Of a stretch of 32,000 bases of DNA, positions 1 to 10,064 are shown one piece after another. Location: NCBI GenBank assembly GCA_027460535.1, contig JAPZAR010000027.1, positions 270,554 through 302,553 of the forward strand, read 5' to 3'. Below the pieces are notes generated by a model, which saw only the letters and a program-made list of their open reading frames with translations, did no database searches and was not told the origin of the DNA. Source of the stretch: Candidatus Methanoperedens sp. GTDB lineage: Archaea > Halobacteriota > Methanosarcinia > Methanosarcinales > Methanoperedenaceae. Numbering within the stretch: the first letter of the stretch is position 1; every line of letters starts with the position of its first letter. Both the position numbers and the translations under genes were made by a program.

Positions 1-1
1 G

Positions 2-298
2 AAAGATGAACTCAGGGATGTTCTCCTTGCATTGAACGGCATTGGAGAAGAGACGGCGGACAGTATCATTTTGTATGCTGCAGACAAGCCGAAATTCGTT
101 ATCGATGCATACACAAAGAGGTTATGCAGGTGCGTGGGAGTTGAAGGCGATTATATGAAATTGCAATCCATATTTGAAAATTCCATCCCGCAGGAAGTTC
201 CCCTGTACAAGGAATTCCACGCCCTCATAGTCGAGTACGGAAAGCAGTTCTGCGGGAAAAAACGATGTGATGAGTGCATATTTGATGAACCCGTCTAA
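2..298 (+). CDS. HhH-GPD / endonuclease III-related glycosylase, C-terminal part (5' end lies outside the window)
   Basis: The frame is open from the window edge. It carries the helix-hairpin-helix signature LNGIGEETADSIILYA and the C-terminal Cys cluster CGKKRCDEC. Confidence 0.7.
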   Translation, partial: KDELRDVLLALNGIGEETADSIILYAADKPKFVIDAYTKRLCRCVGVEGDYMKLQSIFENSIPQEVPLYKEFHALIVEYGKQFCGKKRCDECIFDEPV

Positions 299-333
299 AA
301 AGGATTGAAATATTATTGGGTAACCGGTAGAAA

Positions 334-1338
334 ATGGCAAAACGTAACAATATCCTCATAAGGAATATACCTCTTTTTGGCTGCATCGCGTTCGGTATCA
401 TCGACCGAGGTACGAATGTGCTCCAGGTCCGCCCAATAAGTGAGTGCCCTCTGTCATGCATTTTCTGTTCCACGGACGCCGGGCCACGCTCGGGACGGAG
501 GATATCTGAGTATATGGTAGACCTCGAGCAATTGGTTTCCGCATTCGAATGGGCTGCAGCATACAAGGAAACAGATGAAATAGAAGCTCATATCGACACG
601 GTTGGGGAACCTGTTATGTACCCTAAACTTTCGGAACTTGTGGAGAGGTTATCGGGGAATAAGCACGTGAGCACCGTTTCCATGCAGACCAATGGGACTC
701 TGCTGAACAGAAAACTCATAGATGAACTGGATGCAGCAGGGCTTTCACGCATCAATATATCCATCGAATCGCTTGACCCTGACCTCGCGAAAAGGATAGC
801 GGGTACTGAAAGTTACAGCATAGAAAGGATCATCGAAAGCGCTGAATATATTGCCGGGAGCACGGACATCGACCTTCTCATTGCGCCCGTTTGGCTGCCA
901 GGTATTAACGATGCCGAGATTCCCGGATTGATCGAGTTCGCTCTCAGGATAGGCGCAGGAAAAAAATGGCCTGCTCTCGGGATCCAGAAATTCCTGCCCC
1001 ACAAGTATGGAAGGAAACCAGATATCACGGGAATGGGCTGGGAATTCTTCTATTCGCAGCTCAAAAAATGGGAGAGGATATATGAAACAAAGCTTATCCT
1101 GAAACCAGAGGATTTCGGGAGTTTTGAATGCAAGCCCCTGCCTCGTGTATTCAAGAGATATGAAAAAGTGAAAGTCAATGTGGTCGGCCCGGGCTGGATG
1201 AAGGGAGAGAAACTTGCAGTGGCGCATGACAGGGTTATCACGATCGTGAACGCTGAAAGAATCCCGGTCGGGGCCGAGGTATTTGTGAGGATGGAAAGGG
1301 TGGTGGATGGGATATATATGGCAAGACCCTGTACATGA
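334..1338 (+). CDS. Radical SAM protein (COG2100-like, function uncharacterised)
   Basis: 334 aa ORF with the CxxxCxxC motif (CPLSCIFCS) near the N-terminus and a GEP glycine-rich SAM motif (TVGEPVMYP). Confidence 0.8.
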   Translation: MAKRNNILIRNIPLFGCIAFGIIDRGTNVLQVRPISECPLSCIFCSTDAGPRSGRRISEYMVDLEQLVSAFEWAAAYKETDEIEAHIDTVGEPVMYPKLSELVERLSGNKHVSTVSMQTNGTLLNRKLIDELDAAGLSRINISIESLDPDLAKRIAGTESYSIERIIESAEYIAGSTDIDLLIAPVWLPGINDAEIPGLIEFALRIGAGKKWPALGIQKFLPHKYGRKPDITGMGWEFFYSQLKKWERIYETKLILKPEDFGSFECKPLPRVFKRYEKVKVNVVGPGWMKGEKLAVAHDRVITIVNAERIPVGAEVFVRMERVVDGIYMARPCT

Positions 1339-1350
1339 CTGAAATCTCTT

Positions 1351-1731
1351 ATGAAGCCATACTGCCCGAAGTGCGGTTACTCGAGCCGCGAAGCCTTCCG
1401 GCAGATGACACCTAAAGTTGGGGACTGCTGCATATTCTGTTCGTATGCTGATAAACAATGTCCTCCCATGCAATTTACAGGCAAAGAGAGCGGAAGTTTC
1501 ATTAATATTCAGACCCTTTATCCTGTGATGAAAGTACTGGACGGATACCGGACATTCCTTGAAAAATCCGATGACGAAAATCTCAAAGCATCGAAGGACA
1601 GGGACGGGGTATTCTTTATTTTCCGCTCTATAGAAGCATGGAAAGAGGAAAAATGCAAAGAGGAGGATATCCCGGCAAAAGAGCTGGTTCGCAATGAGTA
1701 CACAAAAAATAGATTCCTTGCGCATCCCTGA
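1351..1731 (+). CDS. Small cysteine-rich, probably zinc-binding protein of unknown function
   Basis: 126 aa ORF lying 13 nt after the radical SAM gene. It has CPKCGY plus a GDCCIFCSY...CPP Cys cluster. I cannot name a family with confidence. Confidence 0.45.
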   Translation: MKPYCPKCGYSSREAFRQMTPKVGDCCIFCSYADKQCPPMQFTGKESGSFINIQTLYPVMKVLDGYRTFLEKSDDENLKASKDRDGVFFIFRSIEAWKEEKCKEEDIPAKELVRNEYTKNRFLAHP

Positions 1732-1789
1732 TATTTTTTACAGTCAATTATATATATTGATACTTTCATAATGTTCTCGTTAGAAACGA

Positions 1790-2557
1790 ATGGGTAAAGT
1801 AAAGACTGCGATTCCTGGACTAGATGAGCTAATCGAAGGTGGTTACATCGAGAACGATGTAATCCTTATAACCGGAGGCCCGGGTGCAGGAAAAACAACG
1901 TTCGGGGTACAGTACCTTGTAGGGGGGGCGATGAATTTTAACGAACCCGGGGTTCTTGTGGTGATGGAAGAAACCCCTTCAAGGATAATCAGGGACTCGT
2001 GGAGATTCGGCTGGGACATAGAGAAACTGGTAGCCCAGAAAAAAATCAAAATAATATATGCGAATCCCTTCAAATACACAAAGTTCGTGAAAACAGAGGA
2101 CAAAGGCCCCGTCAGTATTATCGCTGCAAATAAAAATGTCGGTGACATCTTCAAGCAAATCCAGACGGATGTAGAGGCAATAAAAGCAAAAAGGGTATTT
2201 ATCGATTCCATAACATCGCTTAAAATGTCCGCTGAGAAATCCGAAGAGGTCAGGCAGATAGTTTCCGAATTCATCAAAAACCTGGAATATCTTGATTGCA
2301 CAACCCTTATGACAAGCGAGATATACGGGAAGGAAGCGTTCAGCGTGGAAGAATACCTTTCATCTGGTGTGGTCAGGCTCCATGTGTTCAGGGTGGGGGG
2401 GAGCCGCATCAGAGCAATAGAAATATTAAAGATGAGAGGCGTCAAGCATGATGAAACTCTGCATCCGTATGAGATCCAGGAAAAGGGTATCATTGTCCAT
2501 CCGACCGAAACCGTGATGAACGATGAGATAAGCCTTTTCAACACGAACGCAAAATGA
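1790..2557 (+). CDS. KaiC-like / RecA-superfamily ATPase (single domain)
   Basis: GIPGLDELIEGG followed by Walker A GGPGAGKTT. The length and layout are typical of archaeal KaiC/RadA-like ATPases. Confidence 0.85.
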   Translation: MGKVKTAIPGLDELIEGGYIENDVILITGGPGAGKTTFGVQYLVGGAMNFNEPGVLVVMEETPSRIIRDSWRFGWDIEKLVAQKKIKIIYANPFKYTKFVKTEDKGPVSIIAANKNVGDIFKQIQTDVEAIKAKRVFIDSITSLKMSAEKSEEVRQIVSEFIKNLEYLDCTTLMTSEIYGKEAFSVEEYLSSGVVRLHVFRVGGSRIRAIEILKMRGVKHDETLHPYEIQEKGIIVHPTETVMNDEISLFNTNAK

Positions 2558-3729
2558 TAATAGGGATTGAAATGGCTCTTAATTATGATGAGATAGTCGG
2601 GAAATTCGAGAAATATATATTCTCGACATACACACGCCAGCCCCTGGCAATAAAGAAAGCGAACGGGGCCGTGGTCACAGATGTGAACGGGAAAGAATAC
2701 ATAGACTGCGTGGCTGGGATCGCTGTTAATAACGTGGGGCACTGCCATCCTGCTGTAGTTTCCGCGATCAAAAGGCAGGCTGAAGAGTTGATACACGTCT
2801 CAAACCTCTATTACACGGAGCAGCAGGCGCTCCTTGCAGAAGAACTCGTCAACCTCACCGGGATGGATCGCGTTTTTTTCTGCAACTCAGGAACTGAGGC
2901 GGTCGAAGGCGCTTTGAAACTTGCACGCAAAGCTTCCGGCAAAAAGGAGTTCATCGCAGCAGAACATGCCTTTCATGGAAGAACGCGGGGAGCGCTTTCC
3001 GTCACTCATAAGGAGAAATACCGAAAACCCTTTGAACCGCTTGCTCCGGCGATATTCGTGCCTTACAATGACGCAAATGCCATAAGAGAGGCGATCAATG
3101 AGGATACTGCGGGCGTGATACTGGAACCCATTCAGGGGGAAGGCGGCGTGATAATACCTTCAAAGGATTACCTGAAGGAAGTGCGTGAGGTCTGCGACGA
3201 AAATGAAACATTGCTGATACTTGATGAGGTCCAGACCGGCTTTGGCAGAACGGGAAAATGGTTCGCAAGAGAACACTCGGGCATCGTACCTGATATAATG
3301 ACACTTGCCAAGGCCATGGGCGGGGGCTTCCCCATGGGAGCGATGCTGGCAAGGGAGGATGTTGCAGCGAGATTCGAGCGCGGCGACCATGCATCAACCT
3401 TTGGAGGTAATGCACTCTCATGCGCCGCGGCGCTTGCGAACATAGATGTGATCAAAAAAGAAAAGCTGGTCAGGAGATCGGACGAACTTGGTAATTACCT
3501 CATGAAAAAACTCGCAGCACTCGATAAGGATTATATTATAGAGATACGCGGCAAAGGATTGATGGTTGGAATGGAACTTTCCATAAAGTGCGATGATATC
3601 GTGAACGGGGCAAGGGAACGCGGGGTGCTGCTTAACTGCACATCCGAATCCGTTCTGCGATTTGTTCCCCCCCTCACCATCACGAAAGAACAGCTGGACA
3701 GGGCGGTGTCGGTGCTGGATGAGATTTGA
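2554..3729 (+). CDS. argD: Acetylornithine (or LysW-linked) aminotransferase, class III PLP enzyme
   Basis: 391 aa. It has the GHCHP, NSGTEA, DEVQTGFGRTGK and TFGGN motifs. The start may instead be the ATG at 2572. Confidence 0.85.
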   Translation: MIIGIEMALNYDEIVGKFEKYIFSTYTRQPLAIKKANGAVVTDVNGKEYIDCVAGIAVNNVGHCHPAVVSAIKRQAEELIHVSNLYYTEQQALLAEELVNLTGMDRVFFCNSGTEAVEGALKLARKASGKKEFIAAEHAFHGRTRGALSVTHKEKYRKPFEPLAPAIFVPYNDANAIREAINEDTAGVILEPIQGEGGVIIPSKDYLKEVREVCDENETLLILDEVQTGFGRTGKWFAREHSGIVPDIMTLAKAMGGGFPMGAMLAREDVAARFERGDHASTFGGNALSCAAALANIDVIKKEKLVRRSDELGNYLMKKLAALDKDYIIEIRGKGLMVGMELSIKCDDIVNGARERGVLLNCTSESVLRFVPPLTITKEQLDRAVSVLDEI

Positions 3730-4813
3730 AGAACTGCTCCGTCCTCGTATCAAAGATATCAAGGAGTATGTGCCGGGGAGATCCATCGAAGAGATCGCCA
3801 AAGAATACAGACTTGACCCGGACAAAATAATAAAACTCGGATCGAACGAGAATCCGCTCGGCCCTTCTCCCCTTGCGGTAAAAGCGATCAAGGAAAAGGC
3901 AGGGAGGATCCACATATACCCCGATCCAGGTGCACGCGATTTGAGAAATGCGATCTCCTCATACACGGGCTATCCTGTGAACAATATCGTAGTCTCAGGT
4001 AACGGCATGGACGGCATCCTTGATACTGTGATGAGGCTATTCATGTCGCAGGAGGCAGAGTCGGTGATACCGATACCCACATTCTCGTATTATGAAATCG
4101 CCACGCTCGCGAACGGCGGGAAACCCGTTTTTGTGGAAAGGGAGCCTGATTTCAGTATCGATACCGAGAAGATCCTCAAAAATGTTAATGGGAATACAAG
4201 AATGATCTTTCTGTGCTCGCCAAACAACCCATCGGGTAACAGTGTCAGCGAGGAAACCGCAAGAAACATCCTGGAATCGGCTGATGCGATTGTGTTCATA
4301 GACGAAGCGTATGTGGAATTCTCCGAAACAAGCCTGACCGGACTGGTCAGGGAATATGACAACATCATAGTCGGGCGAACCTTCTCAAAGGCGTTCGGAT
4401 TAGCCGGGATGCGTATGGGTTATGCGCTCGCGCCCGAATGGATATGCAAGGAATACTTGAAGGTCATGACACCTTTCTCGATGGACGTGCTTTCATCCGC
4501 TGCCGGTTTCGCGGCTCTCAATGACAAAGAACATCTTCAGAAAAGCATACAGACCGTGAGAAAAGGGAGAATGCAGCTTGCCGGGGGCCTTAAATCCCTG
4601 TGCAAAGTATATCCTTCGGATGCGAATTTTATCCTGATAGACGTATCACCGCGTACGGCCAAAGAGATTTCTGAATTGCTCCTGGAGAAGGGAATAATAG
4701 TACGCGACTGCACATCCTTCAGGGGTGCCGGGAACTCGCTTATACGAATAACCGTGGGCACTGAACTCCAGAACGAAAAAGTCATAGCCGCTATGGGTTC
4801 GATCCTACGATGA
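3719..4813 (+). CDS. hisC: Histidinol-phosphate aminotransferase
   Basis: Class II aminotransferase motifs LGSNENPLGPSP, SPNNPSGN and RTFSKAFGLAGMRMGY. The ATG at 3719 overlaps the argD stop. The upstream extension of the tracked ORF lies inside argD. Confidence 0.85.
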   Translation: MRFEELLRPRIKDIKEYVPGRSIEEIAKEYRLDPDKIIKLGSNENPLGPSPLAVKAIKEKAGRIHIYPDPGARDLRNAISSYTGYPVNNIVVSGNGMDGILDTVMRLFMSQEAESVIPIPTFSYYEIATLANGGKPVFVEREPDFSIDTEKILKNVNGNTRMIFLCSPNNPSGNSVSEETARNILESADAIVFIDEAYVEFSETSLTGLVREYDNIIVGRTFSKAFGLAGMRMGYALAPEWICKEYLKVMTPFSMDVLSSAAGFAALNDKEHLQKSIQTVRKGRMQLAGGLKSLCKVYPSDANFILIDVSPRTAKEISELLLEKGIIVRDCTSFRGAGNSLIRITVGTELQNEKVIAAMGSILR

Positions 4814-4841
4814 AACACCATGAAGTACAGAGCGTGGGCTC

Positions 4842-5408
4842 ATGATAATCGCCTTGACAGGAACACCGGGGACAGGGAAGACCACAGTCTGCGGCTTCAT
4901 AAGTGAGCATTCAAGGTACAGGAAGCAGTACAGCATTATCAACCTTAATAAACTCGTTATGGATGAGAAGCTCTACACCGGGAAGGATGAGAAACGGAAT
5001 TCGTATGAGGCAGACCTTGAAAAACTGGAGGAGCGGGTTGAACAGATAATCAGCCAGATGCCGGGATCAATGGATATCATAATGGAAGGGCATCTCTCGC
5101 ATTTCCTTCCTGCAGATGCTGTTATTGTGCTGAGGGCTCATCCTGTGGCTTTGAGGAAACGCCTCGGTAAAAGAAGGGAATATTCTTTTGAAAAAGTAAA
5201 GGAGAATGCCAATGCCGAGGCCCTGGATGTTATACTTGTGGAATCTGTTGAGAGGAACACGAATGTCTTTGAGGTTGATACAACTGACAGGAATCTTCAG
5301 TCTGTTGTAAAATCCGTCATTTCAATAATAGAATCTCTAAAAGCCGGAAATACCCCGCAGGAATTCTTACCCGGGAAGATCAGCTGGATTGACCAGGTTG
5401 AACAATAG
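4842..5408 (+). CDS. Fap7/AK6-type nucleoside kinase (archaeal putative adenylate kinase)
   Basis: N-terminal P-loop IALTGTPGTGKTT. At 188 aa its size fits archaeal Fap7 homologues. Confidence 0.65.
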   Translation: MIIALTGTPGTGKTTVCGFISEHSRYRKQYSIINLNKLVMDEKLYTGKDEKRNSYEADLEKLEERVEQIISQMPGSMDIIMEGHLSHFLPADAVIVLRAHPVALRKRLGKRREYSFEKVKENANAEALDVILVESVERNTNVFEVDTTDRNLQSVVKSVISIIESLKAGNTPQEFLPGKISWIDQVEQ

Positions 5409-5939
5409 TCACCAGGTTTCCCAGTGGGCGACTTTATCCATCCCCATCCTGGGCGGTGCGACCGGTTCTTCGTCAGGGTATCCCACGGGAATAATGGCTA
5501 TCGGCTTTGTATTGTAAGGAATCCCGAGAAGGTCGCTTACCGCATATTCATCGAATGCACCCACCCAGCACGTGGCAAGCCCTTTTGAGTGTGCGGCAAG
5601 GAGAAGGTTCATCACGCCGGCCGTGGCGTCCTGGAGGGCATAGAGTTCCCCCCGTGACTTGTATATGCGGGACGAACGTTCGATGTTCGCCACCACAATG
5701 ATAACAACAGGGGCCTGCTCTACGGAGGGCTGGTCAAGGGCGGCTTTTCTTAACTTTTGTTTTGTGGTCTTGTTCGAAACGATTATGAAATCCCGTGCCT
5801 GAAGGTTACCCGCAGATGGTGCCATCTGCGCTGCGTACAGCAATTCCTCGATTAGCTCTCTTCCAACGGCACTATCTTTAAATCTTCTGACAGACCGCCT
5901 CTCCTTGATAGCTTCCATGCACTCCATAAATACACCCAA
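5409..5939 (-). CDS. Nitroreductase family protein
   Basis: IKERRSVRRF near the N-terminus, PSAGNLQ, and a C-terminal GYP motif. Confidence 0.8.
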   Translation of the reverse strand: MGVFMECMEAIKERRSVRRFKDSAVGRELIEELLYAAQMAPSAGNLQARDFIIVSNKTTKQKLRKAALDQPSVEQAPVVIIVVANIERSSRIYKSRGELYALQDATAGVMNLLLAAHSKGLATCWVGAFDEYAVSDLLGIPYNTKPIAIIPVGYPDEEPVAPPRMGMDKVAHWETW

Positions 5940-5969
5940 TGAATTATTGTTATTAATAGTATTTAAAAT

Positions 5970-6542
5970 TCAGGCAAGTTTGGTCTGCTGGAATTTTGCC
6001 TTCAACCCATCAAGGTCGATCAATTCATTAATAATATCAATCAGCATCTCTGTTCCCCGACCCAGAATACTGCTCTCATCTCCGCTGATCTCATAAGCAG
6101 GGTCATCAGGTGGTATCTTAATGCGTGTTACTGCATTCCTGTGCTCTTTGAGCCTTGCGTCCTTTGATTCTTTAACAGTTTTTGTCTTTTGCGCCTCTAT
6201 CCCCAGAAGTGCGAGTTCATATTTGAAGCATGGCCTGTGGAAAAGCGATGACAGGATAAAAACAGCAAGTTCAAGCCTCTCAGAGATATCAACATCTTTA
6301 AGGTGCTCTTTCACGATACCGTATATATCGCGTTTCATTCCTGCCTTGAAGGTATATACTTTTGAAGGCGGTATATCGATCTCCTCAAGAAATCCCATAT
6401 CGTGAAGCGCTCGCAGGTATCCCGTGAGGATCAACCTGTGGTGGTCATAGCCGCTTTTCTTTAACTCCCGCGCTATGCTGCTGATGGACATCTGTTTCTG
6501 CGAAAGCAGTTCCGTGAGGATATTGTATAATTGGTCTGACAT
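5970..6542 (-). CDS. Hypothetical winged-HTH-like protein
   Basis: The ORF looks HTH-like at its N-terminus (MSISSIARELKKSGYDHHRLILTGYLRAL). The ATG at 6542 is preferred over the TTG at 6563. No family is recognised. Confidence 0.4.
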   Translation of the reverse strand: MSDQLYNILTELLSQKQMSISSIARELKKSGYDHHRLILTGYLRALHDMGFLEEIDIPPSKVYTFKAGMKRDIYGIVKEHLKDVDISERLELAVFILSSLFHRPCFKYELALLGIEAQKTKTVKESKDARLKEHRNAVTRIKIPPDDPAYEISGDESSILGRGTEMLIDIINELIDLDGLKAKFQQTKLA

Positions 6543-6629
6543 CCACACTAGATTTGGTAACAAACCCGATAAATGCTTTGGTGGGCAGCCTGCTAACTTT
6601 TTAATATACAGACGCCAATATTGACCACA

Positions 6630-7118
6630 ATGGAAAAAGACTCACTCTGGGAATTCGAGAACATATTGATCCCGCTCGATGGATCAAAGATTTCAGAGAA
6701 CGCACTAAAGTATGGGGTGAGCATTGCCGGTAAGTATGGTGCAGGTATTGTGCTTGTATCGGTATTTTCATCAAAGGACAAAGACAGCCTGTTTAAGAAA
6801 AGAATTCAGGAAATGAACCCGAAACTGGCGGGGGACATATCAAAAATGCCTTTGACATATCTGATGCAAACATATCATGAGATCCTGAAGAAAGCCATCG
6901 TGAAACAAAAAATAAGCGTGAAAAGTGTCCTGCGGGATGAGAGGATCTCCGCCAAGACAGTGGTGAATGTTCTGAAGGAGGCGGTCAATAAAGAAAAAAT
7001 CGACCTGGTAATTATGTCCTCGCATGGAAAATCTGGATTTAAGAGACCCAAAATGGGAAGCATAACAGAAGAGCTGCTTAAGAACCTGGAAATTCCTGTC
7101 CTTCTTGTTGAAAAATGA
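6630..7118 (+). CDS. Universal stress protein (UspA family)
   Basis: ILIPLDGS at the N-terminus and MSSHGKSGFKRPKMGSITEELL (ATP-binding G-x2-G-x9-GS-like) at the C-terminus. Confidence 0.8.
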   Translation: MEKDSLWEFENILIPLDGSKISENALKYGVSIAGKYGAGIVLVSVFSSKDKDSLFKKRIQEMNPKLAGDISKMPLTYLMQTYHEILKKAIVKQKISVKSVLRDERISAKTVVNVLKEAVNKEKIDLVIMSSHGKSGFKRPKMGSITEELLKNLEIPVLLVEK

Positions 7119-7573
7119 CCATGGATATTATCTTTGCAGAGCCGCTTGATTGTTATGTTGAAATTGAATATAATACCGGATTGAGCTCAATAAGATTTGT
7201 CAGGGGCAAAAAGGGCATACCTGTGAAGAAAACTTTGAAGGTCAGCTTTGAATTGGATGAGTATTTCAGGGGAGAGAGGACCGAGTTCTCGTGCGGTTTC
7301 GACATATCGGAGCTATCGACGTTTTCAAAGAGAGTGCTTTGCGAAACAGCAAGAATCAGGTATGGAGAGACGATCACCTATTCAGAGCTCGCGAACAGGA
7401 TAGGCAGCAGGGCTGCCCGCGCAGTGGGCAATGCGCTTGCAAATAACCCCATACCGATCATTATTCCCTGTCACAGGGTGGTGGCGAAAAACGGAATCGG
7501 AGGCTATTCCGCAGGATTGGATATCAAGACCCGTTTGCTCGAACTTGAGGAAAGGAAGGCCAATAACCTTTAA
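7115..7573 (+). CDS. ogt: Methylated-DNA--protein-cysteine methyltransferase
   Basis: Active-site motif IPCHRVV preceded by the HTH segment YSELANRIG. The start overlaps the usp stop (ATGA). Confidence 0.85.
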   Translation: MTMDIIFAEPLDCYVEIEYNTGLSSIRFVRGKKGIPVKKTLKVSFELDEYFRGERTEFSCGFDISELSTFSKRVLCETARIRYGETITYSELANRIGSRAARAVGNALANNPIPIIIPCHRVVAKNGIGGYSAGLDIKTRLLELEERKANNL

Positions 7574-7599
7574 TAGCTTGGAAATGAATTTTGAGCCGG

Positions 7600-7671
7600 G
7601 CCCCGATGGGGTAGCGGATATCCTTTGAGATTGCGGATCTTAAGACCTGGGTTCAAGTCCCAGTCGGGGCG
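7600..7671 (+). tRNA. tRNA-Arg (anticodon GCG), no encoded CCA, no intron
   Basis: Hand-folded cloverleaf. The 7-bp acceptor stem is GCCCCGA/TCGGGGC. The T arm is CTGGG-TTCAAGT-CCCAG. The anticodon stem is TGAGA/TCTTA with loop TTGCGGA. Confidence 0.85.
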
Positions 7672-7804
7672 CTCATCACCCACAATGATCCGGCACCATT
7701 GCCCAATCCCCTTTTACTTTCGCCATTCTTGAACGTCGGATTCATGCGCAAAGCGGTTAAATACAAAGAGTCTAATGTAAGCACATTATTTTCGGAGGAT
7801 TTAA

Positions 7805-9034
7805 TTGCAATCTGTTGTAAATATAGGCATCGTAGGACATGTTGATCACGGAAAGACCACCCTTGTCAAGGCACTCTCGGGTGTCTGGACGGACAGGCAC
7901 AGCGAAGAGATAAAAAGAGGAATTTCGATAAGGCTCGGCTATGCAGATATCGTCCTCCGAAAATGTCCCAGCTGCCCCGAACCCGATGCATATACCACAA
8001 AAGAGATCTGTGAAAAATGCGGGGCGAAAACCGAAGTCCTTCGACCGATCTCTTTCGTTGATTCGCCGGGTCACGAGACACTGATGGCCACCATGTTATC
8101 GGGGGCAGCGCTCATGGACGGCGCCCTTCTTGTCATTGCAGCGAATGAACAATGCCCGCAGCCCCAGACCAAAGAACATCTCATGGCATTGAATATCATT
8201 GGCATAAAAAATATCATAATCATCCAGAATAAGATAGACCTTGTTACACGCGAAAAAGTGCTTGAAAATTATGACCAGATAAAAACCTTCGTGAAAGGGA
8301 CTGTGGCTGAAGATGCTCCCATAATCCCGGTTTCAGCCCAGCAGAATGCGAACATAGATCTTGTCATAGAGGCTATCGAAAAATATATACCCACACCTGA
8401 ACACGACCTGGAAAAACCGCCGCTGATGTTCGTGGCGCGTTCCTTTGATGTCAACAAACCCGGTGCCACGCCGGACGAGTTGGTTGGCGGAGTTATCGGG
8501 GGTACATTAAACTGCGGCCGTCTCCATCCCGGTGATGCGATAGAGCTCCGCCCTGGCAGGAAAGTCGAAGCGGGTGGGGCAGTAAAATGGGTACCGATCA
8601 AAACCAAAGTCACAACGATACTCTCCGGCAGCGAGGAAGTGGATGAAGCAATACCGGGCGGGCTCATCGGTGTCGGAACCAATCTTGATCCGTTTTTAAC
8701 TAAGAGCGATGCCCTTGTGGGGCAGGTCGCGGGTATCCCCGGCAAGATCCCGCCCACTATAGAAGGCTTCGTCATGGAGACAAAACTCCTCCCCCGAGTT
8801 GTAGGGGTGAGCGATGAATACAAAGTCGATCCCATACGTTCGAATGAGCCATTGATGCTCAATATTGGCACGGCCACGACCATAGGGGTTGTCACAAGCG
8901 CCCGGCCCAATGACGCCGAGGTCAAACTCAAAAGACCCGTATGTGCCGACAAAGGTGCGAAGATAGCCATCAGCCGCCGTGTTGGGGCACGCTGGAGGCT
9001 TATCGGTTCAGGCACGTTGAAAGAATTTAAATGA
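7805..9034 (+). CDS. eif2g: Translation initiation factor aIF2 gamma subunit
   Basis: GTPase motifs [15 protein letters not shown] and NKID, plus the zinc-knuckle insert CPSCPEPD...CEKCG. The start codon is TTG. Confidence 0.95.
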   Translation: MQSVVNIGIVGHVDHGKTTLVKALSGVWTDRHSEEIKRGISIRLGYADIVLRKCPSCPEPDAYTTKEICEKCGAKTEVLRPISFVDSPGHETLMATMLSGAALMDGALLVIAANEQCPQPQTKEHLMALNIIGIKNIIIIQNKIDLVTREKVLENYDQIKTFVKGTVAEDAPIIPVSAQQNANIDLVIEAIEKYIPTPEHDLEKPPLMFVARSFDVNKPGATPDELVGGVIGGTLNCGRLHPGDAIELRPGRKVEAGGAVKWVPIKTKVTTILSGSEEVDEAIPGGLIGVGTNLDPFLTKSDALVGQVAGIPGKIPPTIEGFVMETKLLPRVVGVSDEYKVDPIRSNEPLMLNIGTATTIGVVTSARPNDAEVKLKRPVCADKGAKIAISRRVGARWRLIGSGTLKEFK

Positions 9035-9399
9035 AGAGGAAAGTGATACTGGATACCAACGGACTGATGATCCCTGGCCAGTTCGGGGTGGACATTTTTT
9101 CGGAACTGGGAAGATTGGGTTTCGATTCGTATCTTGTCCCACGGGCTGCGGTCAGAGAGCTTGAAGGAATTCATGCACAGGCCAGAGGAAAGGATAGGGC
9201 CGCGGCCAAGATCGGCCTTTCCCTGCTGGACAGGTGTACGATTATTGAAAAAGAAGGATCTGCAGATGAAGTGATTCTTGAAATGGCCCTTGAAACAAAA
9301 GCCGCCTGTCTTACCAGTGATGCAGAATTAAAGAAAAGATTATGTAGTAAGGGAGTTACTATTGTACACCTTCGGGACAAGACGCATTTAAGTTTATAA
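9031..9399 (+). CDS. PIN-domain protein (Fcf1/Utp24-like, COG1412)
   Basis: VILDTNGLM at the N-terminus and LTSD near the C-terminus. It sits in the conserved archaeal position between aIF2gamma and rpoE. Confidence 0.75.
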   Translation: MKRKVILDTNGLMIPGQFGVDIFSELGRLGFDSYLVPRAAVRELEGIHAQARGKDRAAAKIGLSLLDRCTIIEKEGSADEVILEMALETKAACLTSDAELKKRLCSKGVTIVHLRDKTHLSL

Positions 9400-9422
9400 T
9401 ATCTTTTATTAAGAGGATTCAA

Positions 9423-10064
9423 ATGTATAAAAAAATGAGATTGGCAGACACGGTTAGGATTGCACCTGAATTACTTGGTGAACCTGTAGAGGAAGCAGTC
9501 AAGCTCGCGTTGCGCGACAAACTTGAAGGCCTCGTGGATAAAAAAATCGGGGCAATAGTGGCAATAAAAGATGTCATAGAAGTGGGAGAAGGGCATATAC
9601 TGGGCGGGGATGCCGGAGTTTATTATGATACGGTCTTCGATGCAGTGACCTTCATGCCCGAACTTCAGGAAATCATAGAAGGAAGCGTTCTCGAGGTCGT
9701 TGAGTTCGGCATATTTGTGGGTTTGGGTCCGCTTGACGGTCTTGTCCATGTCAGCCAGCTTACAGATGAGTTCGTGAGCTACGATGAGAAAAATTCCCGC
9801 CTGATAACCAAGGAATCCGGCCGCTCAATTACCGTTGGGGATCGCGTTCGAGCAAGGATAGTCGCAGTGAGCCTCAACGAGCGTGAGCCTAGGGACAGCA
9901 AGATCGGTCTCACCATGCGCCAGCATGCCCTTGGAAAATTGGACTGGCTTGAAGAAGCACGTAAACCAAAGGAAGGTCCTGAAGAAAAAGCAAAACCAAA
10001 GAAGAAAAAGAAAGAAGAAACAGAGATAAAGAAAGTGGAAGAGTCCAAAAAGGGTGAAGCATAA
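9423..10064 (+). CDS. rpoE: DNA-directed RNA polymerase subunit E' (Rpo7) with S1 domain and a Lys/Glu-rich C-terminal tail
   Basis: The S1 fold segment is GSVLEVVEFGIFVGLGPLDGLVHVSQ. The gene lies directly upstream of spt4. Confidence 0.9.
   Translation: MYKKMRLADTVRIAPELLGEPVEEAVKLALRDKLEGLVDKKIGAIVAIKDVIEVGEGHILGGDAGVYYDTVFDAVTFMPELQEIIEGSVLEVVEFGIFVGLGPLDGLVHVSQLTDEFVSYDEKNSRLITKESGRSITVGDRVRARIVAVSLNEREPRDSKIGLTMRQHALGKLDWLEEARKPKEGPEEKAKPKKKKKEETEIKKVEESKKGEA

Noticed and set aside
745-1725. 326-aa ORF on the minus strand
   Set aside because: It lies entirely antisense to the well-supported radical SAM gene and the following ORF. Its composition is low-complexity with no motifs, so it is a typical shadow ORF.
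1843-2796. 317-aa ORF on the minus strand
   Set aside because: It is antisense to the KaiC-like ATPase and the argD start, and it has no recognisable motifs.
3662-3718. N-terminal extension of the hisC ORF (MFPPSPSRKNSWTGRCRCW)
   Set aside because: It lies inside the argD coding region in another frame. The conserved HisC sequence begins at the ATG at 3719, which overlaps the argD stop.
7600-7804. tRNA-Arg as an integration site for a mobile element
   Set aside because: The flanking genes on both sides (ogt, aIF2gamma) are core genes. No integrase and no direct repeat of the tRNA 3' end is visible. The accessory island starts 17 kb away.
8269-9174. 301-aa Ser/Pro/Thr-rich ORF on the minus strand
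   Set aside because: It is antisense to aIF2gamma, whose GTPase motifs are unambiguous.
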